A stretch of DNA of 64,000 nucleotides from Octopus vulgaris (lineage: Eukaryota). The first letter of the stretch is position 1, and the number at the start of each line of letters is the position of its first letter. Shown one piece after another: positions 12,077 to 24,745 of this stretch. The stretch is taken from the NCBI GenBank assembly GCA_951406725.2, contig OX597819.1, positions 48,732,001 through 48,796,000 of the forward strand. Reading direction: 5' to 3'. A program made the translations under genes and the position numbers. The notes beneath the pieces are model-generated. The model searched no databases and was not told where the DNA came from. It worked only from the letters and a program-made list of their open reading frames with translations.

Positions 12077-12367
12077 ATAGTGTGTGATTTGAGAGAGATT
12101 TGGTTGTTATTTCTAGTGGATCGAGCAACAGCATAAATAGTCCATCATTAACTCAAATATGGTGGTGATGGGTGGGGGGTGCATGTTGTTTACAACATGA
12201 AGTAATTTGTTTGGAATAATTTACTAAATTTATTCTAAAAGTATGTCAGGAAAATTAAGTTTGTATCCACATCTGTAAATCATAAAAAGCAAAATGAAAA
12301 AAATTACACAAACAAGCACCTACTATAGGTATGTCTCTAGTAAGACAGTCTGGTAACTAAGTAAGTA

Positions 12368-12517
12368 TTTATATATCATATATATATATATATATATATT
12401 TATATAAAGTATGGAAGTAAATATATGTGTGTGTGTGTGTGTGTATAGATATATGCATAATATATAAATACAAACACACACATATGTATAATGTATACAT
12501 ACACACATATGTATGTT

Positions 12518-12562
<45 letters not shown>

Positions 12563-12643
12563 GCACACATACATATACATAATATATAAATGCACACATA
12601 TGTATAATGTAATACATACACACATATATGTGCGTATAATGTA

Positions 12644-12716
<73 letters not shown>

Positions 12717-12726
12717 CATACATATC

Positions 12727-12769
<43 letters not shown>

Positions 12770-12836
12770 ATCTGTGTATGAATATGTGTGTGTGTGTATA
12801 TATATATATATATGCATGTATACATACACAAACTCA

Positions 12837-12891
<55 letters not shown>

Positions 12892-13001
12892 TATATATAT
12901 GCATACGTATATGCATCTATATACACATACATATATGCATATATATACATTTATACATACATACATGTATATATATTTATGTGTATGTATATGTATGTAT
13001 G

Positions 13002-13044
<43 letters not shown>

Positions 13045-13068
13045 ATATACATGCATACATACACACAC

Positions 13069-13135
<67 letters not shown>

Positions 13136-13211
13136 TCAATTACTTGTCTTCTGACCTGCTTATCTATTTACCAATCTGCATATACACAAGCATAAACACA
13201 TACATCCATAC

Positions 13212-13246
<35 letters not shown>

Positions 13247-13345
13247 TGTATGTATGTATGTATGTATGTATGTATGTATGTACGTATGTATGTATGCATG
13301 TATGTATGTGTGTGTGTGTATGCATGTATGTATGTATGCATATAT
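12368..13345. repeat. ~1-kb compound (TA)n/(TG)n/(TATG)n microsatellite
   Basis: Directly visible. Confidence 0.95.
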
Positions 13346-13598
13346 TTATGCTTATATGTAGGTAGATATCATTATTACATCAAACACAGCATGGAAGCTA
13401 AACATTCAGTATACTGAAACACACCTATAGGTTTTAAAACATATATCATCTTGCTAACCCCATGATTCATTTCACAGTAAAACTATATATGCTTTAAGCA
13501 TAAATATACCGTGCTATACAAAATATGGGGTATACATGTATATCTAAATGGATAGACACATACTCAGATACTCATGCATGTATGCAGATACAAACACA

Positions 13599-14861
13599 CA
13601 GGGTGCGGTGAATAAATTGCTGTCTACATCGATGGCATTCCGTCGGTCACGACGACGAGTTTTCCAGATGATCCGATCAACGGAACAGCCTGCTCGTGAA
13701 ATTAACGTACAAGTGGCTGAGCACTCCACAGACACATGTACCCTTAACATAGTTATCAGGGAGATTCAGCATGAAACAGAGTGTGACAAGGCTGGCCCTT
13801 TGAAATACAGGTACAACAGAAACAGGAAGAAAGAGTGAGAGAAAGTTGTGGTGAAAGAGTACAGCAGAGTTCATCACCACCCCCTGCTGGAGTCTTGTGG
13901 AACTTTAGGTGTTTTCGCTTAATAAATACTTACAACGCCTGGTCTGGGAATTGAAACCGCAATCCTAAGACTGCGAATCCGCTGCCCTAACCACTGGACC
14001 ATTGTGCCTCCATGTCGCCTACATTACGCAAAAATGAAAATAACACTGACATCTCATTTTAACGAACATATTTACCAAAATAACATAAAGATATCTTGAA
14101 ATACTGAAGAATAAATTTATTTAATAAAATTGCCATTGGCTTCAACCACAGTCTTGAAATAACTTCAGAATTTCGTGCAACTCTTCTGGACGGCCTCCTT
14201 GTTTAAGTTGGTGAATGCTGCCATAATCCTTGCCTTCAGTTCATCTTTGATATTACAAGGAGTTTTGTTGATCTTTTGCTTAACTGCACCCCACACATAA
14301 TAATCAAGGGGTTTTCAGTCTGGGGAGTTAGGCGGCCAGATGTTAGGGGTGATTAGGTCATAGAAATTTTCTGACAGCCATGATTGAGTTCTGTATGTGT
14401 AGCATGGTGCAGAGTGCTGTTGCCAGACTCAGGATCTTCCAGCAGCCACCCTCTTGAGCCAGGGTAGCACTACCTCCTCTAGGCACTTGATGTAAGCCTT
14501 TGTGTTGAGTCTGAGGCCATTTGGGAAGATGAATGGAGGCATAACGTCGCCATCACTTACTGATCACTCCAAACATCATGATGTTGAGTGGATGTTTGAT
14601 TTTTATCACTCTCAGTACATGTCCTCAGATTGCATTGCTTTCAGTTTGGTATCGAAACACTCTGAAAGGTTTGTATTGGAGCTTCCAGCATGAATGCCAA
14701 GCAGTATAGCATGTCATTTCCAAATTTCTGGCAAAGTTTATCTTACAGACGGTGTCCGACTGACCCTACTATACTTTGTTTCCAACAAAATCAAAAACAA
14801 ACAATGTGCATGTATGAAATTAAAAAATATAAAATGGTGACAATTTATCCATTGCCCCCTG
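13599..14861 (-). mobile_element. maT-like (DD37D) Tc1/mariner element, internally deleted, carrying a SINE insertion
   Basis: TIRs CAGGG(T/G)GC..ATAAATTG; minus-strand QQHSAPC..TQSWLSENFYDLITPNIWPPNSPD*KPLDYYVWGAV..VVEANGNFIK. Confidence 0.8.
13632..14011 (-). mobile_element. SINE C, full length, inserted next to the TIR of the maT-like element
   Basis: Matches 27843-28196; degenerate TSD ending CTACAT on both sides. Confidence 0.85.
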
Positions 14862-15004
14862 TACATACATACGTACATTCATACAGACAGACAGAAAGCT
14901 GACACATACATACACACATGTATACATACATATCTCAGTTTGTTTGTCTGTCTATATAAATACACACACATACACACACATATATATATATATATATATA
15001 GATG

Positions 15005-15065
<61 letters not shown>

Positions 15066-15176
15066 TACACATATGCATGGGTGGACAAATGAAAGAAAAA
15101 TGCACTCAACACATTTAGTAAGAGTAAGACAACAAAAGAATGAAAGAGACCTCGATATTATGCAAATAGAGGAATT

Positions 15177-15342
15177 TATAATATGTGACAATTATTTGGT
15201 AGCCATGAAAAAACTCCAAGTTTCAGATATCAGGGCGGAAACCCATGCTGGCATAACTGAAGAGATGCCGGCGTAGGTTTCTGCCCCAACATCCGAAACT
15301 CGGAGTTTTATCATGACTACCAAATAATTGTCACATATTATA
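15177..15342. repeat. Fold-back palindrome (~78-bp arms, 10-nt centre) with hammerhead-like core; PLE pLTR-like
   Basis: TATAATATGTGACAATTATTTGGTAG / CTACCAAATAATTGTCACATATTATA; CTGAAGA at 15257, GAAA at 15295. Confidence 0.8.
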
Positions 15343-15347
15343 TTTAC

Positions 15348-15423
<76 letters not shown>

Positions 15424-15718
15424 TTGTGAAGCATGTCCATATATTCACAGTAATCAATTGTATGTATGTAGATATTTTATTTTAAATGAAACATAGAAAG
15501 CATTTGAAATTTTTGGTGAATTCTGTTTGCAGAGTAATTATATATCAAAACAAAAGACTGGAAAAATTTGGTATATTTTGAATTCCATTTTGCACATGTG
15601 TGTGTGTTTGTACACATAGGTATACTTATAGAAAAACATTTCTGCAATTCTTCAGACAAAGATTTAAAAAAAATAATACAAAATTACACTGGATGAAGTT
15701 ACAAATTATAGTGTAAAT

Positions 15719-16074
15719 AGGTCTTACAGCTGTTTCCGGGATATTTTATATATCCCTTCATCGGAGACGGTGTGAGAAAATGGTTAAGCAATAGTTATTT
15801 TAGATAAGATATCAAATAGAGAGTGAAGTGGAGGAATGAAAATAGACATGAGATATGCAGGGATATTGCATCTGTAGATCCATTATATGTATACCATTCT
15901 GCCTAAATAATGGATCTACAGATGCAATATCCCTGCATATCTCATGTCTATTTTCATTCTTCCACTTCACTCTCTATTTCATATCTTATCTAAAATAATT
16001 ATTGCTTAACCATTTTCTCACACTGTCTCCAATGAAGGTATATATAAAATATCCCAGAAACAGCTGTAAGACCT
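15719..16074. repeat. Fold-back palindrome (~168-bp arms, 20-nt spacer) of a Penelope-like pLTR
   Basis: Arms 15719-15886 and 15907-16074 are reverse complements with few mismatches. Confidence 0.92.
15721..15768 (-). ncRNA. Minimal type I hammerhead ribozyme-like motif (second copy on + at 16025-16072)
   Basis: gtct CCGATGA a GGGATA tataaaa TATCCC g GAAA CAGCTG TA agac: stem I gtct/agac, stem II, palindromic stem III; core reads CCGAUGA instead of CUGAUGA. Confidence 0.6.
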
Positions 16075-16393
16075 TTTATTTATAAATGTTCTAAAATATT
16101 TCACAGCCTTGGATTTTTATCTCATTCTGAAAATTTTTATATATACACATGCTGATATATGACCTATGTTGGACTCTTCGTTCACATAATCACAGAAACT
16201 CAAGCTTAACTATAGTCTGTCCATAGCACTTACTCAGCATTACCTGACACCTTTGCATCTTATTGACACCATTACCTCTTATAACATCTATGTGTGTGTA
16301 TATATATACTACTAATATAGGATGAAGTTTTTTTACAGAAAAAAATTTCATCAAAAAAGTGGCAGCATATTAAAATACCTTTAAAAGTTAAAA

Positions 16394-16627
16394 TTATAAA
16401 CAAGGGCAAAAGAAAATTACTTCTATGCCAATATGCTGATAACAAACTTTTAAATCGTCAATTTCCACATATTATATACCCACTACAGAAGTATGTTGTG
16501 CTGAAATCAAGGAAAGCTAGCCAACAGAATTAAAAAAAAAAAGTTCATTATTTCTATATTGGGCGATTTAAAAGTCTGTTATCAGCATATTGGCATAGAA
16601 ATAATTTTCTTTTGCCCTTGTTTATAA
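16394..16627. repeat. Inverted repeat, ~69-bp arms (16394-16462, 16558-16627)
   Basis: TTATAAACAAGGGCAAAAGAAAATTA.. and its reverse complement. Confidence 0.88.
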
Positions 16628-16629
16628 GT

Positions 16630-16725
<96 letters not shown>

Positions 16726-16788
16726 GTATATGTATATATATATATATATGTATATGTATATACACATACACATATATTATATATACTA

Positions 16789-17100
16789 GCACACCATTGG
16801 TTATGATGACAAAGATTCCAGTTGATCCCATCAAAGGAACAGCCTGCTCATGAAATTAATATGCAAGTGGCCAAGCACTCCCCTAACACATGTGCCCTTT
16901 TTGTAGTTCTCAGGGGATACAACATGACACACAATGTGACATGACTTGCTCTTTGAAATACAGGTATTACTCATTTTCACCAGCTGAGTGGACTGGAGCA
17001 ACATAAAGTAAAGTGTCATTCTGAAGGACATATGTGCCACTGAGAATCATGATTTTAAGATCTTCAGCTGAATACCCTAACCACTAAGCCACATGCCTTC
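16789..17100 (-). mobile_element. SINE C-related variant
   Basis: Shares the 3' body GGAACAGCCTGCTC..GAAATTAA with 13632-13810; different middle segment. Confidence 0.7.
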
Positions 17101-17129
17101 TCTCTCTCTCTCACTCTCTTTCTCACTCT

Positions 17130-17166
<37 letters not shown>

Positions 17167-17179
17167 GCATGACTTTATA

Positions 17180-17291
17180 GGTGCATGCGTGGTAAGAAGC
17201 TTGCTTCCCAACCACATGGCTCCGTGTTCAGTCCCACTGTGTGGAACCTTGGGCAAGTGGATTTGGTAGACGGAAACTGAAAGAAGTCAAT

Positions 17292-17329
<38 letters not shown>

Positions 17330-17601
17330 TGTGTTAGTCCCTCCACCATTGCTTGACAACCACTGTTGATGTGTTTAATTCTCTGCAACTTAGCTGTTCG
17401 GCAAAAGAGACCGTTAGAATAAGTACTAGGCTTGCAAAGAATAAGTCCTGGGATCGATTTGTTTGACTAAAGGCAGTGCTCCAGCATGGCTGCAGTCAAA
17501 TGGCTGAAACAAGTAAAAGAATATATATATATATATATATATATCTTATATTCTTTTATATGTTTCAGTCCAAAGGCTGTGATGGTGGAGCATTGGTATA
17601 T

Positions 17602-17660
<59 letters not shown>

Positions 17661-17892
17661 TATATGTGTGTGTGTGTACGGGTGTGTGAGTCTGTGTTTG
17701 TCCTCCCAACATCACTTGACAACCGATGATGGTGTGTTTACATCCACATAACTTAGCAGTTCAGCAGAAGAGACCGATAGAATAAGTACTAGGCTTATAA
17801 GGAAGAAGTCCTGGGGTTGATTTGCTCTACTAAAGGTGGTGCTCCAGCATGGCTGCAGTCAAATGACTGAAACAAATAAAAGAATAAAAGAA
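17180..17892 (+). mobile_element. SINE A plus a second tandem tail copy (17670-17892)
   Basis: Head, (TG)n, then the tail GCTCCAGCATGGCTGCAGTCAAATG.CTGAAACAA twice. Confidence 0.85.
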
Positions 17893-17917
17893 TATATATA
17901 TATATATCATATATATG

Positions 17918-18515
17918 TTGGCTGTCCATTCATGATCAAGGAAGATCATCACTGACTATTAAGAACAGCGCTCTCAGAGACAAATTTATGCTTTACTCCT
18001 GTAGCTCAGCTGTTGACTAGTGCACTCAGGCCTTTGTAAACATACACATCCACAGATATTGCAGACCAAGTCTTCTCCCATTCCCTATACTGGTGGTGCA
18101 TTTTTGAGCAGCATACTTAAATTCTGCAAGAAAAATACATGTTTTAAAAACACACCTTTTTATGCTTGTTTTTTTCATTGGTGATGATGATATCCATTGC
18201 ATTCCCAGTTAATCTCCCATGTTTCACAAGCTTTCAATGAAGACTTTTCACTATCTTTAAATTGTTATCTTGGTTTCTGTTGGGGGCTCTTTCCACCAAC
18301 CACTTCACCATATAGCATCTGCACAGGGATCTTCTGATCATTCACTCAAACAAGGTATCCATTCTAAAATATATGGTGCTTGTGCACCGTTTCTTCAATG
18401 CTCTGGACATTATCTCCCCTCAAGACTTCCTTGTCTGGAGTCTGCAAGGACCAGCAAACATTCAAAATGTGTGTCAGACATCTCTGATGGAGGCATTCCT
18501 GATGCTTGTAAAGAG
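17918..18515 (-). pseudogene. Decayed RTE LINE ORF C-terminus plus 3' end
   Basis: HQRCLTHILNVCW..DKEVL..SIEE..DQKIPVQMLYGEVVGGK..KPR*QFKD..SSLKAC..WE, then LVCNICG finger; several stops. Confidence 0.8.
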
Positions 18516-18726
18516 TCTATGTCTCTGTCTTTCTCTCTCTCACACACACATGCGCACATGCACATGCGTGCATGTATGCACACGTGCAGGCATATACAGC
18601 ACGCATGCACACTCACACATCTATATAAATTGGAAGACATTGAAGAGCTTTTTCTGGAGAGAAGAGCCATGTGCAGGGCCTTCATAGTGCTTCTGGAGCT
18701 AGAGAGATTGATTTGGATGATGCCAA

Positions 18727-19233
18727 TCTCTATATCTATAAATGGCAAAATGTCTGTGAATCTGTGTGTCTGTGTGTCTTTTATACAAATCCACAGTTTT
18801 TCATGTTAAAGGCTTGCATTTTCTATGGGCTTTCAAAACTGTCTGAGGGTTGTTGTGAAGATCTTTTCATCTCCCCAGTCACCCCAGAAAGCCATTAAAA
18901 AATCGATAAACTGACCCCTTATGGCCATAAGTAATTTTGTGGCCAAATTCGAGTTTTTCACTTTCTTCTGCCTCCTTTTTTGTCCGACTAATGGCATGTG
19001 CACAGTCCCACTAATTTTCCATGATTATGCCATTCCAGGTATGAAAACCGAAGTCCAATGAATATTAATTACTCTCATAAAAAGGTCCAACTAGCTCATA
19101 AACAACAAAACTGGCCCAGGCTGAAATGTGATAAGAAACTTAGCTCTTGATTTAGTGAGAAACTTTTACTTTGACCCAGCAACGAACAACAAGCACTAGC
19201 ACTAGACCTGGCAACGCCGGGTCATAGTGTCAG
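18727..19233 (+). mobile_element. Non-autonomous Helitron
   Basis: 5' TCTATATCTATAAA; 3' hairpin GACCTGG-caacg-CCGGGTC before a decayed CTAG. Confidence 0.6.
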
Positions 19234-20022
19234 TCTCTCTTAAAAAGCAGATGGGGAAACACAGTCAGGGAGTTGACACTCTGGAAAGGAAGGACTGGTG
19301 AAAGCAGTAAGTGTAAGGTGTATGTGGTAGTAGTGGTAGTAGTGGTGGTGATAGTAATGGTGATGGTGGTGGTGGTGGTGGTATTTACAATATGGGTGAT
19401 GAAAGGATGAGAGACAAGTAAGACAGATAAAGTGACATGAAACTAGTCAGCTCCAAGAGAGTAGAGGCCACTGTAGTAGTAGCAGAAAATCCAGTAGGAG
19501 AAGACTGGGGTTACTGAAGAAACTGCACATCTGTTGATATTTATTTTGAACTATTGTGTTTCATGAATTTAGAAAACAAACAGTTGGGTGCAGAAGAAGA
19601 AAATAAAAGCAGGAATGAGGAAGCCTTAAGCCTTGTTATTTCTGGGTGTGTCAGGAATATTATCCTGTTAGCTGTTCTTGCACATTTCACAATAATTGCC
19701 AAAAAAGGGAATTATGAGGACATTTCTGATAGTTTCCTTCAGTTTTATGCTTAATCAAAATTTTTGCATACACATGCCAAACCTTGAAACTTAGTCTGTT
19801 GTTGTCATTGTCATTGCTGACACTGCTGTTGTTCTTGTACTTTAGCCCTGGGTCAGTTCTGATTGAGCAAACTTCTCACCAAAGACATTCCAACTGTAGC
19901 CATCTTGACATTATTTCAGATATTGCATATCCAGGACTATATCAGTTAACATGTCTCTTTGTTTTCATAGACAGTAGGGATTTGATTTGAGACAGATTTG
20001 GTTACTATTTTTAGTATGTTAT

Positions 20023-20530
20023 ATCATCATCATGATCATTGTTTAACGTCCGTTTTCCATGCTAGCATGGATTGGATAGTCTGACCAGGGTCTGGGAAGC
20101 CAGGAGACGGCACCAGGCTCCAGTCTGATCTGGCAGTGTTTCTACAACTAGATGCCCTTCCTAACGCCAACCACTCCTTGAATGTAGTGGGTGCTTTTTA
20201 TGTGCCACTGGTACAGGGGCCAGAGGAGGCTGGCAACGGCCACGATTGGTTGGTGCCTTTTACATGCCACCGGCATGGAAGCCAGCCAAAGTGGTGCTGA
20301 CATCGGCCACGTTTGGATGGTGCTTTTTATGTCCCACCAGCTCAGGTATCACATCTACAATTCCATCTGATTTTTATTTTGATGTTGATGTACTTGACTC
20401 AATAGGTCTCCTCAAGAACAGCAGGTCACTCCATGATCCAAGGTAAGCACCACAGGCTGTCATGTGATCCAAGGTACTTTGAATAAGCTGGGCTGGATGT
20501 GTGAAGGTGATGTAGGATACAGAGCCACAT
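20023..20530 (-). mobile_element. RTE 3' UTR copy with 3 tandem modules (20190-20340)
   Basis: GGTGCTTTTTATGTGCCAC-like motif three times; standard tail. Confidence 0.8.
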
Positions 20531-21154
20531 AAATTCTCTATGCCTCATTTGCAGCATTTAATCAGGATAAAAAGTAAAACAGGACACTCTACATGATACA
20601 GGGTAATCTTGTCAGTGACCAGGCTGCAATTCATGTGATGAAAATTTTGACACTGAATAACAAGTAATAAACATTTACGGGAAATTAACAGTCTTTATGT
20701 GTTTATCAAGTAGCTAATATGTATCTTCCATGCTGCAATCATTTTAGTTTCAACACACAGTCTTGGATCAAATCACTCGTCTGGCAAGTATGCCTCTGGA
20801 AAAGCTGTTATACATTTAATTATATTAATCTTTCATTCAGCAAGTTTGCATCAATTTTATAGAACACAGTATTGTTTGCTAAAAGCAATTGTTTCCTTTA
20901 GTTAGTATTCAGACTACTATCCTCCTCCCTCTACTCTCCTTCTCATTGTCGTCATCATTAGTGTCAGCATCAGCATTGTCATCATTGACATTGGCAGCGC
21001 AGTTGGCAGCAGGAGCATTGGTGGTGGTGGTGGCATTGTTTTAACATCTATTTTTCCATGCACACACAGGTGTAACAAAAATATGTTGAAACAGAGTTTC
21101 TACAGCTAGATGCTCTTCCCATAGCCAACCCATCTTGCTTTTAAGTGGACTTAA

Positions 21155-21300
21155 GTTCATTTTCAGCACTTGATGCTTTGGGAACCAGACAAAAATTGCT
21201 GCAGCTCGGCTGGGATGAGTTACCCCACCCTCCATATTCACCAGATATTGCTCTTTCGGATTTCCACTTATTCAGGTCTCTGCAGAATAGTCTTAATGGT
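21155..21300 (+). mobile_element. Fragment of deleted mariner family
   Basis: TRQKLLQLGWDELPHPPYSPDIALSDFHLFRSLQNSLNG; same deletion junction as 22438-22975. Confidence 0.85.
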
Positions 21301-21446
21301 CAAATAACAAACATCCAAGACATGATTTTGGTAGTAGACTGCAAGCAGTTGACACTGCCATGAAGCCATTGTTTACAAATCAGTGAAAGCAAGAAAAATA
21401 TGGAGTCACACAAAAGCACACATGTGCATATAATCACACACATACA

Positions 21447-21750
21447 CACTTCAAAGCGTCCCAGCATTCCTGCCACTTTTGGAATTCAGTCTGGAAGTTG
21501 TTTTCCATAAGCAAGTTGAGGGCCTTTTGCAATTCCATCTGGATCATGACAACAGTGTGAAAACAGCGGCCTTTGAGCTGCATTTTTATCCTGGGGAAGA
21601 GATGGAAGTCTACAGGTGCTAAATCTTGCAAATAGTCCAGTTACAGAAGCAATACCATGTTGGTTTTGGTGAAAAACTCACAAATGAGGAGAGCTTGGTG
21701 TCAGGGTGTATTGTTATCATGGATAATCTAGTTCTTTGCGCTCCACAAAT
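21447..21750 (-). pseudogene. mariner transposase C-terminal remnant (irritans-like)
   Basis: HDN..YLQDLAPVDFHLFPRIKMQLKGRCF..FQKWQECWD. Confidence 0.8.
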
Positions 21751-22437
21751 CCTTGTTCCATGCTGACAAGGGTTGGATGGTTTGATAAAGATCTTATTTC
21801 TTTATTGCCCACAAGGGGCTAGACATAGAGGGGAGAGACAAGGACAGACAAAGGGATTAAGTCGATTACATCGACTCCAGTGCATAACTGGTACTTAATT
21901 TATTGACCCCAATTGATGAAAGGCAAAGTCGACCTCGGTGGAGATGGGTCCAAGGACTGTATTGGGCTCCAGAGTCTGCTTTGGTATAGTTTCTACAACT
22001 GATGTCCTTCTTAATGCCAACCACTTTACAGATGTACTGGGTACTTTTTTTACATTCTACTGACACTATTGAGGTCACCATGTAGCTCACAAGTCTACAA
22101 AACCTGATGAGTAGGGTAGTGTGTCCTTGTGTTAGATCAAAGTTAAAGTATGAGAGAAGAGGTTAGAGTAGAGCAGGTTATTGAAGAGGAGCTACATTGC
22201 TACTCACATTTAGGAGAGAGAGAGAGAATGAATTGGTGTTATTTTCTAAGAGATAGATAGTGGTGATGAGGTGTCCAGGTGGCATCTCAAAGTATGAGGT
22301 GAGTAGTTGTGATTGGGGATATATATTGGTATATACACACACATACTACCACCCAGAGGATATATATATATATATATATCCTCTCATAAACTTTTTACTC
22401 ATGCACATGCTTACCCACACATATACACATGCATGAA

Positions 22438-22975
22438 TTGGATTGTCCGGAAAGTTTGTGCCGATTTACAGTAGCTTACCTTTCAACTTATTTAGAACAT
22501 AGTTGAGTCCATAAAATAGGATTTAACCTCCATTTAGATCACAGTTTAAGCAGTATCTTTCCGAGGAATAAGGTTTATGTTCCTATAACCTGTGTTAATT
22601 CTGTAGCCCTTTAAAATGGAAGATAAGAAAATTCATTTTCGGCACTTGATGCTTTGGAAACCAGACAAAAATTGCTGCAGCCACCATATTCACCAGATAT
22701 TGCCCTTTCGGTATTCCACTTATTCAGGTCTCTGCAGAATAGTCTTAATGGTAAAAATTTCAATTCCTTGGATGACGTTATAAGATACCTTGATGAATTC
22801 TTTGCCATGAAACCACCTCAATTCTGGGAAGAGGGTATTTTCAAGTTAAAGGAAATATGCAGATGCATTGTGCAACAAAATGGTTCGTATTTGGTTGATT
22901 AAAAATGTAATGGCAAGTATTTATTGACCTTTTTCTTTCATTTAAAAATTGGCATGAACTTTCTGGACAGCCCAA
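22438..22975 (+). mobile_element. Internally deleted mariner (~540 bp) with both TIRs
   Basis: ~30-bp TIRs TTGG(A/G)(T/C)TGTCC(G/A)GAAAGTT; MEDKKIHFRHLML joined to TRQKLLQ..PPYSPDIA..IVQQNGSYLVD*. Confidence 0.9.
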
Positions 22976-23029
22976 TATTACCCTCATATATAGACATATG
23001 CTTGTGCACACACACACACACACTTTAGA

Positions 23030-23300
23030 TAGGTCACTGTCATCTCCCTTGCTATCAATAACCCTTCCTTTCAGTCAACTGAACATGTGAAACCATTAAT
23101 TCAAACATATTTTTTCTTTCTGTTTTTTTTTCTCTCCATGTTTTCTTTCCTCATTCCTTTCCGTAGAAAATCATAGGCTCAAAATGCCAAAGACTCTTCC
23201 AGTTTTCCTGAGTGTCAAACTAATATACCTCCTTCGTTGTTTCTTCACCTGTCTCTGTCTTTTGTTTTTTGCCTTTTTTATACAATTTTGAACCATATAT
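23030..23300 (+). mobile_element. Penelope-like pLTR fragment related to 1755-1940
   Basis: Shared CATAGGCTCAAAATG..AGACT and ..TCAA(A/G)CTAATA.AC blocks. Confidence 0.45.
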
Positions 23301-23719
23301 ATATATATGTGCAACTTTTACCTGAGGAAACGAACACTATATTAATATTCCCCTTAAAATCCATGGATTTTGCAAATCATATTTGTAATATCCTATGGAT
23401 GGGGAATACAAACAGCATCTAAAGCATGGAGTTTACGAAAACGTATATAGCAATGCATTAAAGGATTTATGAATTTCCATCAAGAGTTCTTATTATTATA
23501 TTCATCCTACACACTAGACTAATAACCTTCCCATTAATTTACTCTGGAAGATGGGAACAATAAGTGGTCAGTTGAATAAATAGCATAGGAGCTTTTATGT
23601 GTGCACTCAAACACATTTCACATAAATGGACTTAAAGCATATGTATATATATATATATGTATACATATTTAAAAGCTTTTGTCAAAATTACTTGATACAG
23701 TTACAATGTTTGAAGAAAG

Positions 23720-23859
23720 ATTTTTTAAAAAGTTATTAACTATTTAAAAAAGATTTTTGTATTTAGATAACAAGAAGTCACCAACCTTTAGGAGAGAAGT
23801 TTATGTACAGTGTGTTATCACTTTTGTTGTTCAACTTTTCAAACATAGCTGTTCTGAGC

Positions 23860-23895
<36 letters not shown>

Positions 23896-24017
23896 TTATA
23901 CATATACACGTTACCCCAGAACATATTATACACAGACTTCTTCCCCAAAGGTTAATGACATTCTATTTTCGATATAAAAAATATCTTTTTTAAATAGTTA
24001 ATAACTTTTTAAAAAAT
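23720..24017. repeat. Inverted repeat, ~97-bp arms (23720-23816, 23920-24017)
   Basis: Outer ~34 bp perfect (ATTTTTTAAAAAGTTATTAACTATTTAAAAAAGAT); inner part diverged. Confidence 0.85.
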
Positions 24018-24603
24018 GTTATATATATGTTAAATAAAATTCCTCACAACCTTTTCTTTGTTGTCTCATTTTATTTAACATATACATGCTTATACAAGAC
24101 CCGCATTAGACTTCTCAGTTGTACCATTATCAAACCAAGAGTTTAACTATGGTCCTTCCATAGCACTTACATAGTGTTACCTGCCAACTTGGGTCTTCTG
24201 GATACCAATATCTCTCATATATATATATGTATAAAAAATATATATAAAAATACAAATTGGGACAAGAACGCAAAACACTCAAATAGACGACACAAAAAAT
24301 GGACGGATCATTCGAAGCCTCTAATCTTCAGTCAAGAACCGGATCATCCTCGCAATTTCGGCTGATTAATCTTGAGATCGCTCCGATCCGACCAGCCCCA
24401 AGGAAAAACTAAGCTACGAGCATTACATTTCTTGGAAAAAGGATCGAATGTATACGAAACAAGGACAGAAAAACAGACGATGCCACACGAATATAAATAC
24501 AAAAAACAATAATAGTAATAACAGGACAAAAACAGCGGGGTGTCTTATGACTTTAGACAGTTCAACTTAGCTTAGCTGGCGTATTTGGAAAATATATATA
24601 TAT

Positions 24604-24745
24604 AACTTTGAGTTTTGGATGCCGAGGTGGAAATCCATGCCGCCATCTCTTCAGTTATTTGGCCGGCGGCGTGGATTTCCACCTCGGCATCTGAAACTCG
24701 GAGTTTTATCATGGCTACCAAATAATTGTCACATATTACATTTAC
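24604..24745. repeat. Fold-back palindrome, same family as 15177-15342
   Basis: Arms 24604-24644 and 24665-24705; tail GAAACTCGGAGTTTTATCATG(G/A)CTACCAAATAATTGTCACATATTA shared. Confidence 0.85.

Noticed and set aside
12323-13417. Long ORFs rich in Y/I/H/T/C/V/M (also near 6.0, 25.2, 33.2, 35.8, 47.6 and 55.8 kb)
   Set aside because: Translations of (TA)n/(CA)n/(TACA)n microsatellites
18270-18809. 179-aa plus-strand ORF
   Set aside because: Antisense to a decayed RTE and runs through microsatellite and a Helitron end
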